This document shows, one piece after another, positions 28,400 through 42,789 of a stretch of DNA of 64,000 nucleotides; position 1 is the first letter of the stretch, and every line of letters starts with the position of its first letter. A program made the translations under genes and the position numbers. Under the pieces are notes generated by a model. That model did not search any database. It was not told where the DNA came from and worked only from the letters and a program-made list of their open reading frames with translations. The DNA is from the human T2T-CHM13v2.0 reference genome, Homo sapiens: NCBI RefSeq assembly GCF_009914755.1, contig NC_060928.1; one strand, written 5' to 3'.

Positions 28400-29720
28400 C
28401 CAAAGTTGTATTCTTGAAACATCTGAAAAAGAATAGGAATTGGAAAATACTTTTAAAAAGTTACATTTACCCTGGAAATGTAACATGGCAAGTGTCAAGA
28501 GAAATCATGCTTTTACAGCTTAGTTAAGAACCCCTGGAAACCAAGATTTCAGAGAAACCTTGATAGGTCCTTAAGATTTAGTTAGGGCACTTGGGGTGCT
28601 GCCATAATAAAGGTTTAAATCAAGATGACTCCACAGGTCGGCACTTATTAAGCAGAGAGAGACACACTAACAATGTCCAGGCTCATTTCCAAGAGAATTC
28701 AGAAAGGAATTCTGGCAGGCTAACTGAATTTATAAGGTGGTAAATTTAAAAATAATAAAGCTTTCATCTGTCAGCATAAGTCTGATTGTGAGGTATATGG
28801 CCATTATTTTGCGATTAGTGTCACTTACTGAAAAAGTACTTTCATGGTGATTCTGCCCTTAGCTGCATTTTTCCAGAGCATTTCTTTCTACCAGTTTTGA
28901 AAATTATTGCTGAAATAGTCACTCAACATTAAATCAATCTGTCAATTAGTGATAGTGGGGCCTGCTCTCTATTTTGTTCAACACTTAGAAGCACTCAGAA
29001 GGCAGAAATGTAACTTATTTTATAAAGTCGTGGTGTTTTCTTGTCAATCCAAAGCTCGGGGAAATATTGAGAGGGCTTGCCTCTCAAATGTGTGTTCCTA
29101 TTCTATTTCATTCATTCGGAATAAATCTCAGAGTCCCCCACTCTGGTATTTAATCCAGCTTTGCCCATCATCAGCATTATTAAGCTCAGCTTTAATACTC
29201 TATTTTCTATCTTTAAACTTTTCTTGTCCTGTTTATCTTTCATCAACTACCTGTGGAAGTGATAGTTTTAGTATTTAAAAGTATGTTAACAAATTAATCA
29301 TTTTCATATTTCCTTCTTCTAAATGGTATTTTTCATTTGAAAAGATGACTCAGGCCACTGTGGTTCCATCAGGAATTGAAGACCGGAAGCTGACACATAG
29401 GGTTTTGCCAAGATGTGCTCTACCAAAGGCTGACGGAGTAAAAATACTCCAAAATCCACTCCACCTTAAGGTCCAAAGCTGGATACTCATAGCTCCAAGC
29501 ACAGTCAGCTGAAAAGAAGGAGTCCCTTATTCTTAGTCACACAAATAGCCTTGGGAAAGGGAGCTTTTACTACATGGTTCAATGATGTGCACAGAAGTGG
29601 ACTGACACAGTGCAGGTAACTAGTCTTGTTTTGTGTTTCACTAAAAAGAGTTTGTCAACCTAAATAACAAACAGAAACGGAGACTCTAACTACACGTTTC
29701 GTGTTTCACTAAAAAGAGTT

Positions 29721-30170
29721 TGTTAACCTAAATAACAAACAGAAACAGAGACTCTCTGAAAGAAAATGATGTTTATTTTGGAATAGGCATTGCAATGGGA
29801 ATATGTATACCATAGGAAACTATATACCTATTCAGGGAGGTAAAGGACGATAAAGGTTTTCAAAGGAAAAAGTAGATTACATAATTGTTTTGAGATAATT
29901 ATTCTTGGCTACAAGAATCAATAAGAAGGGTGGCATCAGTCCATGGGTTAGACAAGCAGTTTCTAGGCAGATGTCCTCGTGAAAGTATTTTGTGTGTGCC
30001 TAAGTTTGTAATAGGCTTTGTGCAAGGTTGTGGTTTTCACGGAGTCTTTTGTGATAATTCCTGTTATCAGGCATTCATGCAGTGAAAATCCTCCTTTCAT
30101 GGCCTTCCCTGCCTCTATTTATCAGAAATTTTAAAATAAGTGACTTCATTTTGATTCTGCCAACATTCAT
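29721..30170 (-). mobile_element. ERV1 (MER4-group; MER72/MER93-like) solo LTR
   Basis: Antisense of 'cagaatcaaaatgaagtcac...ggccatgaaagg...tgcctgataac...aaaaccacaaccttgcacaaag'. Poly(A) signal antisense 'tttatt' at ~29772. Confidence 0.7.
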
Positions 30171-30369
30171 AGGCTTAAAACCTTCTTCCCAATAAAACAG
30201 TAAATGGAAGAGCATAGATACTATAGAGAGAAAACAACCAGAGAATACTTAGTTTAAAGAGATACCCCGAGTATAACACCAGCACAGTCATGAATTGAAA
30301 AATACACAGAAGAAAATAAAAGCATTGACTTTGGTCAATAAAGACTCACGAGTAAAAACCATACAGGGC

Positions 30370-31940
<1,571 letters not shown>

Positions 31941-34750
31941 AGAGTTTTACCCATAATATGTTATCGTTGATGATTAATTGAAGCATGGCCCACTTTTATT
32001 TAGTCAGTCGTTAACTAGTTGTTTTTAATAATGCAATGTACAACCTTGAACCTATGACCCACATTACTTTTTTTACTTAATATTATATCTCTGAGATCCA
32101 CCCATCTCATTGCATGCCATTTGTGTTCATTCATTTTGACAGTTACATAATAGTATATATTATGTGATATCACAGTTTACTCTCCTTTCTATGGGCATTT
32201 TTTTTTCAAAATGTTTAGTATATTAAATGATGCTCCTATGAATCTAGCTGATAATGGGAATTTGTGGATGCTTTGCTGAATTTAAATTCTAAAAAAGCAA
32301 AAATGCAAAATATAATTCTTTGAGTATTAAACCAGACAGATAACATGCAACATATTTCTAAATGTATCTTGTTGGACCAAATATCAGATTGAATTCTCAA
32401 ACTGGAGCAATTTATTAAAATTGACCATATGCTGAAAACCAAAATGAAGAGGATATAGTATAATGGGCTCTCCCAGTTCCCCATAATTTATGTCTGACCT
32501 CTCAGGAGCATTTTTAGGACAAGGTGATTTCATTCATCCCTTTGTCCATGGTAGAGTCTAGTACCCTACCCTATAAAACATAGCAAGTAAATATCAGAAA
32601 AATAGTAAGTTAATGAGTGAATGGATAGATAAGTCATTTAGCATAACTTTTCAAACAGAAAGTGTTTTTGCAACATTATTAGAATATTTCTCACTAGTGG
32701 ATCTTAAGAAGTTTAAAAATAATATCAAACATAAAATATTCTTCTGAAATTGAAATTTGCTTTATTACCAGACAGCCCAGTACAATTAACTACATTGTCT
32801 GCTGTTAACAAAAATCTTTGACTCTTTGCTATAATTATTTTGATGCACTTATTTATACACACACAGACACACACAAACTGTTTCCATTTTCTAGTAATGT
32901 AGGACACATTCACATATTCAAAAAAATTTTTATAAAATTAAGATGCTATCATATTAACCTCAAAATGAAAGCTAGACTATTGTATTCCTTCCAGAACATT
33001 TTAGGCAAGGACGTGTCATCTTACATTAACTTTAAACATAGGGTCTCTTTACTCTTGTAAAAAAATGTATAATCTAAATTATATAATATTTATTACAGAC
33101 TAAAGCAGAAAAATACTTATGTAAGTTATTTTAATGAAATACTCTGCAAAAGAAGTTGTAAGAGGCAACTGTGGGTACAGTTCCTGATCTATACTAAGTA
33201 TAATAGAATGATGAAAACTTTGAAATATAACCACATCAAAGTTAAAATTTCTCACAAATAAAAGCAAATGCAGAAATTCAGTAGAATTAGGAAGAGCTAT
33301 GACATAATAAATCACAAACTGTAATGAAATGCATCTATTAAATAGCAATTACTACTTTGGTTTTAGAAATATTGAAAGTCTTAAATTTATCTTTAACATT
33401 AATGAGTACATCTAATACACAGATGTGATACTGTAAGAATTCTGTGATAAATATTTTTGAATACTCAGCACAAACTAAAAAATTTTTAGTTTACTAAATT
33501 AGCTCTATGTCTTTTGATTGAAAAAAAAAAAAACTCCATGACAAATCTGATAAAGCAGAGTGCCTGCAAAGATGTTTAAGAGACTATGCAAATTTCATTT
33601 ATACTAGTGGCAAAATTGATATGAGGAGTAATACATAGCTAATTCTTCGTTTTTATCATTTACTTCTGTCCACATAAAATTCAATTTAATCTACTCTGCT
33701 TCAGCTCTGCTCTGTGCCAAGGAATGTTTTTGGTTGGAATGAAAAAAGCATGGCATGTTATGACCCTATTCAGAGAATACCAATGTTACCATGTCTATAA
33801 TCTATTTTAAAATACCTTCTATATAGAAGGCGGACGTTATGTTGGTGTTGGTAAGTTTAAGCTCTACTCCAAGGATGGTCAATTTCTAATCAGAAAATTA
33901 CACTTCAGAGGTGATCCATTATCATTTAATCAGAAAGGCCACTCCAGAGTCAGCTTCTAGAACTTGCACTCTTATCTTGAACAACGCCAGAAATGTTACT
34001 AATTGACAAAGCAAACATTAGAAATAAATTTTTATGGGTGAAAAGTAGCCTGTTAGTGAGTCAAATGGATATTTAAAAGACTCGCCTTGGTGATATATAT
34101 ATGTATTTTTTTTCTATACTCTTAAAGATGGCATCAGATGCTATGTTTCCTCATTGGTTCTAAGGATATCTGATTGAATTAGAAGCAATCTAGTTTGCTA
34201 GATGGTTGGATACATGCTGTGCTAGAATATTTAGAATATTACTACTGCTTTCACTTGAGAGGAACCTTTCATGCAAGGTGGATTTACATTACCTAAAATG
34301 AGCACTAGCTAGGATTTCTTTGAGCTCAGGGAACAAGCTGGGGACTGCTAAGTACCTGTTTACTGATAACTGTGAAGATAAATTTGATCTGCTACTTCCC
34401 TTCATTACAACTTGGTTGAGAATTTTCAGAAAAGTACCTAATCCTTACCTACCACTAATTAATTATAGACTGCTATCATTATCTAATAAAAAGTGAAAAA
34501 AAAATCTTTAGCAGCACCTACGGGGGGAAAAAAAAGAAAAATCCTTTAGTAGTTGTGCTTTAGCTAAGTTTAGACTAGCTTTTTCAACCGTAAGTAATGT
34601 GAAAATATGGAGCTGTGTCAAGCCTGGTCTTGGTTTTTCAAGAATAAAGACATCTCTAGATAATATAAAATCATCTTGAAATCTATATCACGGAAGCAAA
34701 TGGCCATGCGGTGAATCTCTAAAATATAGTGTCTATTTAACGCTGTTGTT

Positions 34751-35467
34751 TGCTACAGTAGGTAGCTAGTCAGACATGAACAGGGCAGGAGAAGGGCCCC
34801 CCACCAACCCCCAACGAGGAATGTCAGGCGACCATCAGGTGATGGTCAGGTGGTTGTTAACTGTCTCTCTAAAATAGTAATTGGTTGCAGCCAGCACCAG
34901 GGAAAAGGAGTCTCCTAATAGATAGCTAACACCTGAAACTGGTGATTAGCAGCTTCCTGATAAGATCTCAGGAGCTGGGCAAGTGGGCTCACACATGTAC
35001 TATTAAGAAGCAAAATGGCGGCACTAACAGGCATGTGACCTCCTAGGGTAGGGACATTTGACTGGTAAGGAAAGAACGCCTGAAGTGAGCATGCATACAA
35101 CTCTAGTAAACACACTGAACATGCTCATCTCCCAAGTGCCAGCAGCCACTGTGCATGTGGACAGCCCCACCAAAGGGAAGAATCAAGGGAGAAGAGAGGC
35201 AAGACCCCCGGAAATATGCCAAAGTATAAAATGGCAAGTCAAAACATTAAACCACACACTTGTCCTTCAAGTTGCCCACTTGGCCCTCTTCCTAGTGTAC
35301 TTTCTTTCCTTTTGTTCCTGTTCTAAAGATTTTTAATAAACTTTCACTCCTGCTCTAAAACATGCCTCAGTATCTCCTTCTGCCTTATGCCCCTAGTTTA
35401 ATTTTTTCTTCTGAGAAGGCAAGAGTTGAGGCTGTTGCAGACCCATACAGATTCACTGCCAGTAACA
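34751..35467 (+). mobile_element. MER50 ERV1 solo LTR
   Basis: Start 'tgctacagtaggtagctagtcagacatgaacagggcaggag', TATA-like 'gtataaaa' at ~35224, AATAAA at ~35335, end 'gccagtaaca'. Confidence 0.85.
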
Positions 35468-35798
35468 CTATGATCTTACACATTCTCTGTTAATTATTAT
35501 TTGACCCAAAGCTAAGAAGCATAATGGATACAGTGATAGTATTATTTAATGACATTGAGTACTTTACTCATTCATTTCACTAAAAAAATCTGAATATTTT
35601 CCACCTGAGTTTCATTTTGCCAAGGAAAGGATTTTATAGAAAAAAATGTATTTTCTTTAATGTTTACATAAATAGCAAGAAAGGGGAAAGACCAACTACG
35701 ATAGAATCAGAGGATTTTTTTTCCTTCCTAAGAATCGGTTGATTTATTTCAGGTTTTGCGGAAAAAGTGTGATTCCCCAGATCGTTGTTGCCCAGTAG

Positions 35799-36113
<315 letters not shown>

Positions 36114-38594
36114 GGCCTGTATTTCTTAGTTTACAAGGAGCAACTGGATTTAAGGGCCTACTTAACTTATGCAAATGGTGTGGGTAGATAGTAATGTTAC
36201 TCAAGACAGGAAATTTTCTGGGGTGAAATGCAAACTATTTTCTCTTGAAGTTGCTTGTTTTTGTCAACTCTGTCTCTTTAAAAACATTTCATTATTGCAA
36301 GAGAATAATTCAAATAGGTGAAAAATTAAATAATTAGGTAATCCACTAAGTATAAGAGTGAAGCAGGAGATTGAAATTCAGTTTTTGATGACAGGTAATC
36401 TGCCAAGGTGTCCAAATGCACAATAACACAAGATAGAAAAATCAAGGCTAGGAAAAAACAGCTTATATAAATTTATCTCTCCTCTTCCCCATACAACTAT
36501 GATAATCTCAAATTTAAGAGAAATAAAATGAAAGGTATTATTTGAAAATATTAGAAGTAAGAATATAATTAAATACACACTTAAAATTTTAAAGTTGAAA
36601 TTTGAATTTAATGCCACCAGACACTAAGAAAATTCTCCAAAGTTATAAACCTTTTCAGAAAGATAAAAGGCATACTAAGAAGAATTCCACATAGGCATAT
36701 CAATTGAACTCTATGGCAGTTGTCATATGGAATTAAGTTAACTGTCTTTCAGACTCATTAAACATTTCTAATTATTTTGACAAATTATAGGAATGTTAGG
36801 TTGATATCAAAAGACTCGTGGAAATGAAGAGATCTTCATAAATAGATATGATTGATTAATTAAAACTAGTGAAACAAAAATAGAAGTGACATATATATAA
36901 ATGAGAAAATGAAGAAACCATTTTTGTTATTTACAGGGTAAAAATGGTGCTAAAATAACCATATTTCTATAGTAATATATATGCAGTTTGGCATAAAGAA
37001 CATGTATGAGAAATCATAATATCTTCATAAAAGTGAATACATTACCAATTTTATCCTTTAATATTTCTAAATTATCTCAATTAAGTATCACATCAACACT
37101 TACAAACATTCTTACCCTCACTTCACAAATAAAAAAACAATTTCTGAGACACTTGGAGAGCTTATATTATAATACAAAATCTATGCCACAGAATCTGTAC
37201 TTTGTTCAATGCCTTTTAAATTCTGATTGGTTATTGTTTCAGACTGTTTTTAATACTTTGCCTTGAGATGCAATATCACTTCTAGGTTTTCCACAGAAAA
37301 GATGTTAAGCATATATACAACATCAAGCCTACTAGACAGGTTTGTGTAAAATGGGGAAAACTCTACACACACTCTCCTTAGAGATGGAAGAGTAGTAGGT
37401 GTTTCTTTTTTTAAAAAAAATTGAGACTGTAATAATTTTATGTATAAAATTGTTTGTCATGCCAGATCTTCAATCTGCCAAGAGAGAAAGGCGTTCATTT
37501 AACCCCCTGTGGACCAGAAGGAAGCCATTAGGCAGACCTGTTCCAGTGATGGAAGCCCAACTAGAAAGTGTTCCATAGTAGTTTGCTAAATGGTGGCCAA
37601 GAATATAAGCCACAGTCATTTTTACTGAATTTATTATTGCTTCTAGCATCTTTGCTGCATTTTTAAAATCTCCATAGAAATGTTTTTGAGGGCTGAGTTC
37701 TGAGGCAATTAGGATCCAAATACAGATAACAAAGCAGAAAACTGATGCATACACAGGGACTCTCTTATTTTCTCAAAATCCACTAATTGTTTACAGCAAA
37801 AGAAAGCTGTAAACACATATTTTCACTGGGTTCATGATTTGAACCCCTCTGTAATCATACTTGAAAATTTAAGATAATCAGCACTTCCTATTAAGGATCA
37901 AAGGAAATTCTTTATTTGATACACTTGCCAATCCAATCTTACATATGTTTGTGTGTTTCTGTAGATGTAGATGCATGTCTGTGTATGTATCTGTATGGGT
38001 ATGTGTTTATAAAGTAGTTCAACAGACATATTTGGAGAAATAACTAAAACCCCAATGTGACCAAGACATCATCCACTTTAGTAAAGGTCATAATAAACAT
38101 TTCTATTGGAAATTCGAAAAGTATTAGTTTAAAATCACTTTCGTTGTGATATATATTTTATTTTTTCATAACTAGTTTTAAACATGTCTTTTCCAAATAA
38201 ATTAAGAGATTTGGAGAGCATCCAGAGAATAAATACTTAAGTGATTAGTGAAGTCAAGACAATGTCCTAATTGAAAAAAGTATAGGATCTAAATTTGTTT
38301 AACTTGGCAAGAAAAAATTTATAATTTTTTTTTTATATTTTGTGATGTGAGAAAGGAGAAGTAAAAGCAATTATTTAGTATAGTTCATAGGAATATAAGA
38401 AGAAAAATAAAATAATCTCGAAAGGAAAAAATATTTATATTTCCCTGAAAACATCATAATTTCAGTTTAGAAAGAGAGTAAATAAAAGTTAATTTCCACT
38501 TTAGTAGCTTTGATTCATTGATGTAATTAATAATATCTTCAACTAACCTAGAAACAAAGTTTGTTGAGCAAAAGTCTTGAGAACTAATGACCAT

Positions 38595-38730
38595 TATAGT
38601 AACAACAACAATAGCTAAAGCAACCGGGCAAGCACTGTTCCAACTTGAATTTTACAATAACACTGTGATATAGATACTATTATTGTCCCCATTGAATATA
38701 TGAATAAACTGAGATAAAGATAGATTAAAA
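38595..38730 (-). mobile_element. MIR relic
   Basis: 'acaataacactgtgatatagatactattattgtccccatt...atgaataaactgaga'. Confidence 0.7.
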
Positions 38731-39265
38731 TGAGACTAAAAATGCCTAATTATTTATATTATTATGTTCTTAAATATATATCATATTGCATATATGATCT
38801 ATATTTCAAATAATATACTAATTCACCTTAAATGCATACTTTCAGTCATGCTATAAGCAATTGCTGTTTTGGCTACTATTAATAATTGCACAAGGTAATT
38901 ACAGTGCATGATTTTAAAATAAATATTTTTATTAACAGATTTGTTTGTAATTACATTATATACATGTTAATATATAATTGGTTTTATAACTCACATGGAA
39001 AGCATGCTAATATGAAGGACCCTATCTATTTATTCATTAAGTATCCTTATAATTGGAATCTGTAGGCCAAACCATTAATTAAAACAATCAACAATATTTA
39101 TTACTGCGTATATTTTAGGTCAAGAGTCATACTAGGCCCTGGGATATATCAGAACAAGGCAGTCAAAACCTGTCTTCTTATCTAATGTACCTCTAGTGGA
39201 GAAGAAAAAATAACACACAAATAGCATGTATTAATTAGGGTTCTCCAGAGGAAGAGGACCAATAA

Positions 39266-39283
39266 GATAGATAGATGATAGAT

Positions 39284-39327
<44 letters not shown>
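39266..39327. repeat. (GATA)n tetranucleotide microsatellite
   Basis: Directly visible. Confidence 0.98.
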
Positions 39328-39328
<1 letters not shown>

Positions 39329-39329
<1 letters not shown>

Positions 39330-39417
39330 TAGGTTGGCGCAAAAGTAATTGCAGTTTTTGGCATTAATTGTAATTACTTGTAATGAAAAAACCACAATTA
39401 CTTTTGCACCAACCTAT
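39329..39417. mobile_element. MADE1 (Hsmar1-derived MITE)
   Basis: Terminal inverted repeats 'taggttggcgcaaaagtaattgc' / 'caattacttttgcaccaaccta'. Confidence 0.93.
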
Positions 39418-42400
39418 TAGTTACGTAGTTAGAGAAATAGACAGCTAGACTGATAAATGGATAGAAGAAGACTTACAAGAAATTAGCTGATTCAATTATG
39501 AAGGTTGGCAAGTCCAAAGTCTGCAGGATGGGCCAACAGGCTGGAAACCCAGGAAGAGCCAATGCTGCTCTTTCAGTCCAAAGGCTGTCAAACTGGAGCC
39601 TCATGGGGAGCTGAAGCTGCAGTTCCAGTCCAAAGGTTACCAGGCTGGAGCAGCAGGCAGAGCCAATTTTGCAGTTCAAGTCTAAAGAAAGCCATCTAGC
39701 TCTGGGGAGGGAGAGAAGGTGTATTCAGTCAGTTCTTTTTAGGGCCTTCATCTGATTGGACAAGGCCCACCAATATTATGGAGACCAGTCTGCTGTATTT
39801 CACCAATTTAAATGTTAATCTCATCCCAAAATAACCTTACAGAAACCCCCCAAATAACGGTTAAGCAAATATCTGGCACCTGATGTCTCACTCAAGCAGA
39901 CACATAAAATTCACCGTCACACAATTCAGTAATGTGATCCAGAGTTTGGGATTTGAGTGGTCAGAAACTTCTCTCTTACAAGGTCATGTTTAAGTTCAGA
40001 TCTGCTTGACAAGAAGTGAACACCCATGGGACAGACTCTGGGAAGGGAAATAGTCTGTGAAAGGAATGAGATGGCAAATCAAGGAACAGAACAAAGGGCT
40101 ATGGGATTACAGCTTTGGGGACAAGGAAAACAAGAGATGGTACCAGATAGGATTGAAAAAAGGCCATATAGACCATGGTTTGCAGTTTAGATTTAATGTT
40201 GAGTGGGATAGAAAGCTCCTGAATGATTCCAAGCTGTGGACAACTTATAAATCCAAAAAATCAGCATTGGACCCAGCAGGATTCTCCCTCACAATCTATT
40301 TTTATTATTTGATACAACATTCCTCTATATATGATCAGTAACAGCCCACAGACATTTATTGGGTACCTAATATATAACAATGACTATTTAATCAAAAGGG
40401 AATCAAAGAATAATGAGACATCATCCCCACTCTCAGTACATTTCAATTCCAAGTACAAAGAAACATGCAAAAACATAACTTTCACTTATATTTATGCTCT
40501 ATACTTATATTCTGTAGTAGTATGGAAGGCCTTGGGTTGATGCATGGGATTGCCAATTCTAGAGAACTGCTGGTGAATTTATACATGCAGACAAAACCAA
40601 CAATCAAATTATTAACATCTTAAGTATATTTTTTGCACATATTGACAAGAATTTGTGTGCACTGTATGAGGAATTAATTTTACTTTCAGACCACCTATAG
40701 ATATCTGAATAGGAAAATAGAATATTTTCTCTACCAGTTTACTGCAAATTAAACCACATCCATTAATGAACTAAGCTAAACACAAAATCTAACAACTTAA
40801 GTAACAGATTCTGGCTTTAAATTAAACTGTAGCTTCTTTTCAATTAAAAAATCTAAGTTTAATGAATGCTGTATTAGTAAGAAAAGACTTAAGTGGTTTA
40901 AAACTCCATAGACCTTGTCCTATTTGGATATGATAGAAAAATACATATATAGACAGAGCTAAAGATATTTTTTATTTTTACTGACCACAATATAGTATAA
41001 ATGCTTATTTTAATTTATGATTCCCAGATCAATACTTCCCTATTTCTGTACATTTCATATTCAAATTCCAAATCATTACAGGAATAGGGCTTTAGTTTCA
41101 CATTCATAATGTCTCCTGAGTATTCATACAAATTGCTTCCGAAAATACTCTCATTAAAAAAGACCCAAGTAATAGACCTTGTAAAGCACTTTAAAAATAT
41201 GAACCTTGTGTAAATGCTAAGTAGCATTTTTATTAGTGTTAAACATTAAACAATAGCAGAGGGAGTAATAAATTTAGATTTATGGCATGGCCAGGGAAGA
41301 AAAATATTTTTATAAGAAGCATCAAAGGACAGTAAAAGAATATTCAAGGAAGCAAAGCCACATAATACTTCAGCATAGAAAAACAGTATTGAAAAACATA
41401 CCAGACCATATTCCAAGAATCTAGTCTGATATAAAACTTTAATGCCCATAATAATGAATAAAGTAATCAGGGTCAGGAAGACAGACATTTAAGCTATTTG
41501 AAAATAAGGCCCAGAAAAGGGCAACCCCAATCAGATTGTGAGTCACCCAGGTTTGATAATGAGAACAGGCCAGTATTTGAGATTTTCATCCAGGAGACAT
41601 GCAACAATTTGATTAACGTCACCATCTTGTAGTAAAGAATAATCTTCATCTCATCTTCTATTCAAAATGACTGTAGTAAAAAATAGTCTTCATCTAATCT
41701 TCCATTCAAAATGGCTTACGGCTCCCACTCTGCCTTCTCCAACTCAACCAACAACAATGGCCTTTCTTTCTTGGGCACTTATTCTATGTTAATTCAGAGC
41801 AGTTATGTTTTGGGATGATTGTATTCAGCGAATGCATTTTGGTTGTCCTCATTTTGTCCCTGGACAACAACCCACTGATGATGGCCAGCTTAGCTCCTCT
41901 ATGAATTCCAAGCTAAGAATGATCTTCCATTTGCAATTGTTATGGTGCTGAAATATAACACTGAAGTTGGGACCTCTGGCTGCCACTGCACTTCTGGCCT
42001 GGTGTGGTCCTAATGCAATAGATCCTGCTTAGGTTATTCAAAGAATGACAAAAAAAGAGTCCAGCCTGTCCTGCCATGAATGACCATTGTCTATGCTCTC
42101 AAAATCATTGCCTTTTAAAATCAAATACATGGTTCTATCTTCAGAGGGCAAGTCTACCTTAAAAACATGTATTCATGTCAGGTTATCTTCCAGCTCATGG
42201 ATTTTGACCCATCATTATTCTTTGACATTGCAACTCTGTACAGAAGCAAGCCCAAGTGACAGTCATCATCCTTGTTCTTTTTTTTTTAAATCCAACAGCC
42301 ACATTTACTCTCCCTCTTACTGAGCTTTTGTCAGGACAAACCTAGTTTATACTGACAGGGCTATTTAGATTTCAGGGAAGAAAAATAGGAGTTCTGTTTC

Positions 42401-42789
42401 TTTCTCCTACAGAAAGCCCCTAGGCTCAACAAGCAAATTTGCCCCTTCATATTTCAGAAGATTTCAAGATTCCTGTATCAATATTTTTTCACACACATAC
42501 AGACACACAAATGGTTTTTAAGCTTGTACTTAGCAGTCACCACTGTATGCATAAAAATATTCCCATTTAATCTTTTAATTATGTTATAACATTATCATAC
42601 ATAAGAAATCATATGTAGTATCTTATTGTTTTTATATAAATTATCTATAAGGAATGATACAAATTGTCAATGGGCCTTCAATATCATCTTTTGGCATTCT
42701 ACATTTAATTATCAAGTATATCTGTTAAATGTAATTCTGACCAAAATTCTAGAGTTGGATAATTGGCACATACAATGCCTTAATATGTA

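Larger units (their letters stand above)
39227..39921 (-). mobile_element. MLT2 (ERVL) solo LTR
   Basis: Start 'tgtattaattagggttctccagag', 'ctgattggacaaggcccacc', 'aaatgttaatctcatcccaaaa', end 'gacacataaaattcaccgtcaca'. Confidence 0.9.
39070..40250 (-). mobile_element. L2 relic split by the MLT2 LTR
   Basis: 'caacaatatttattactg...ctaggccctgggatata' before the LTR; 'aaggtcatgtttaagttcagatctg' and 'gatagaaagctcctgaatgatt' after it. Confidence 0.55.
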
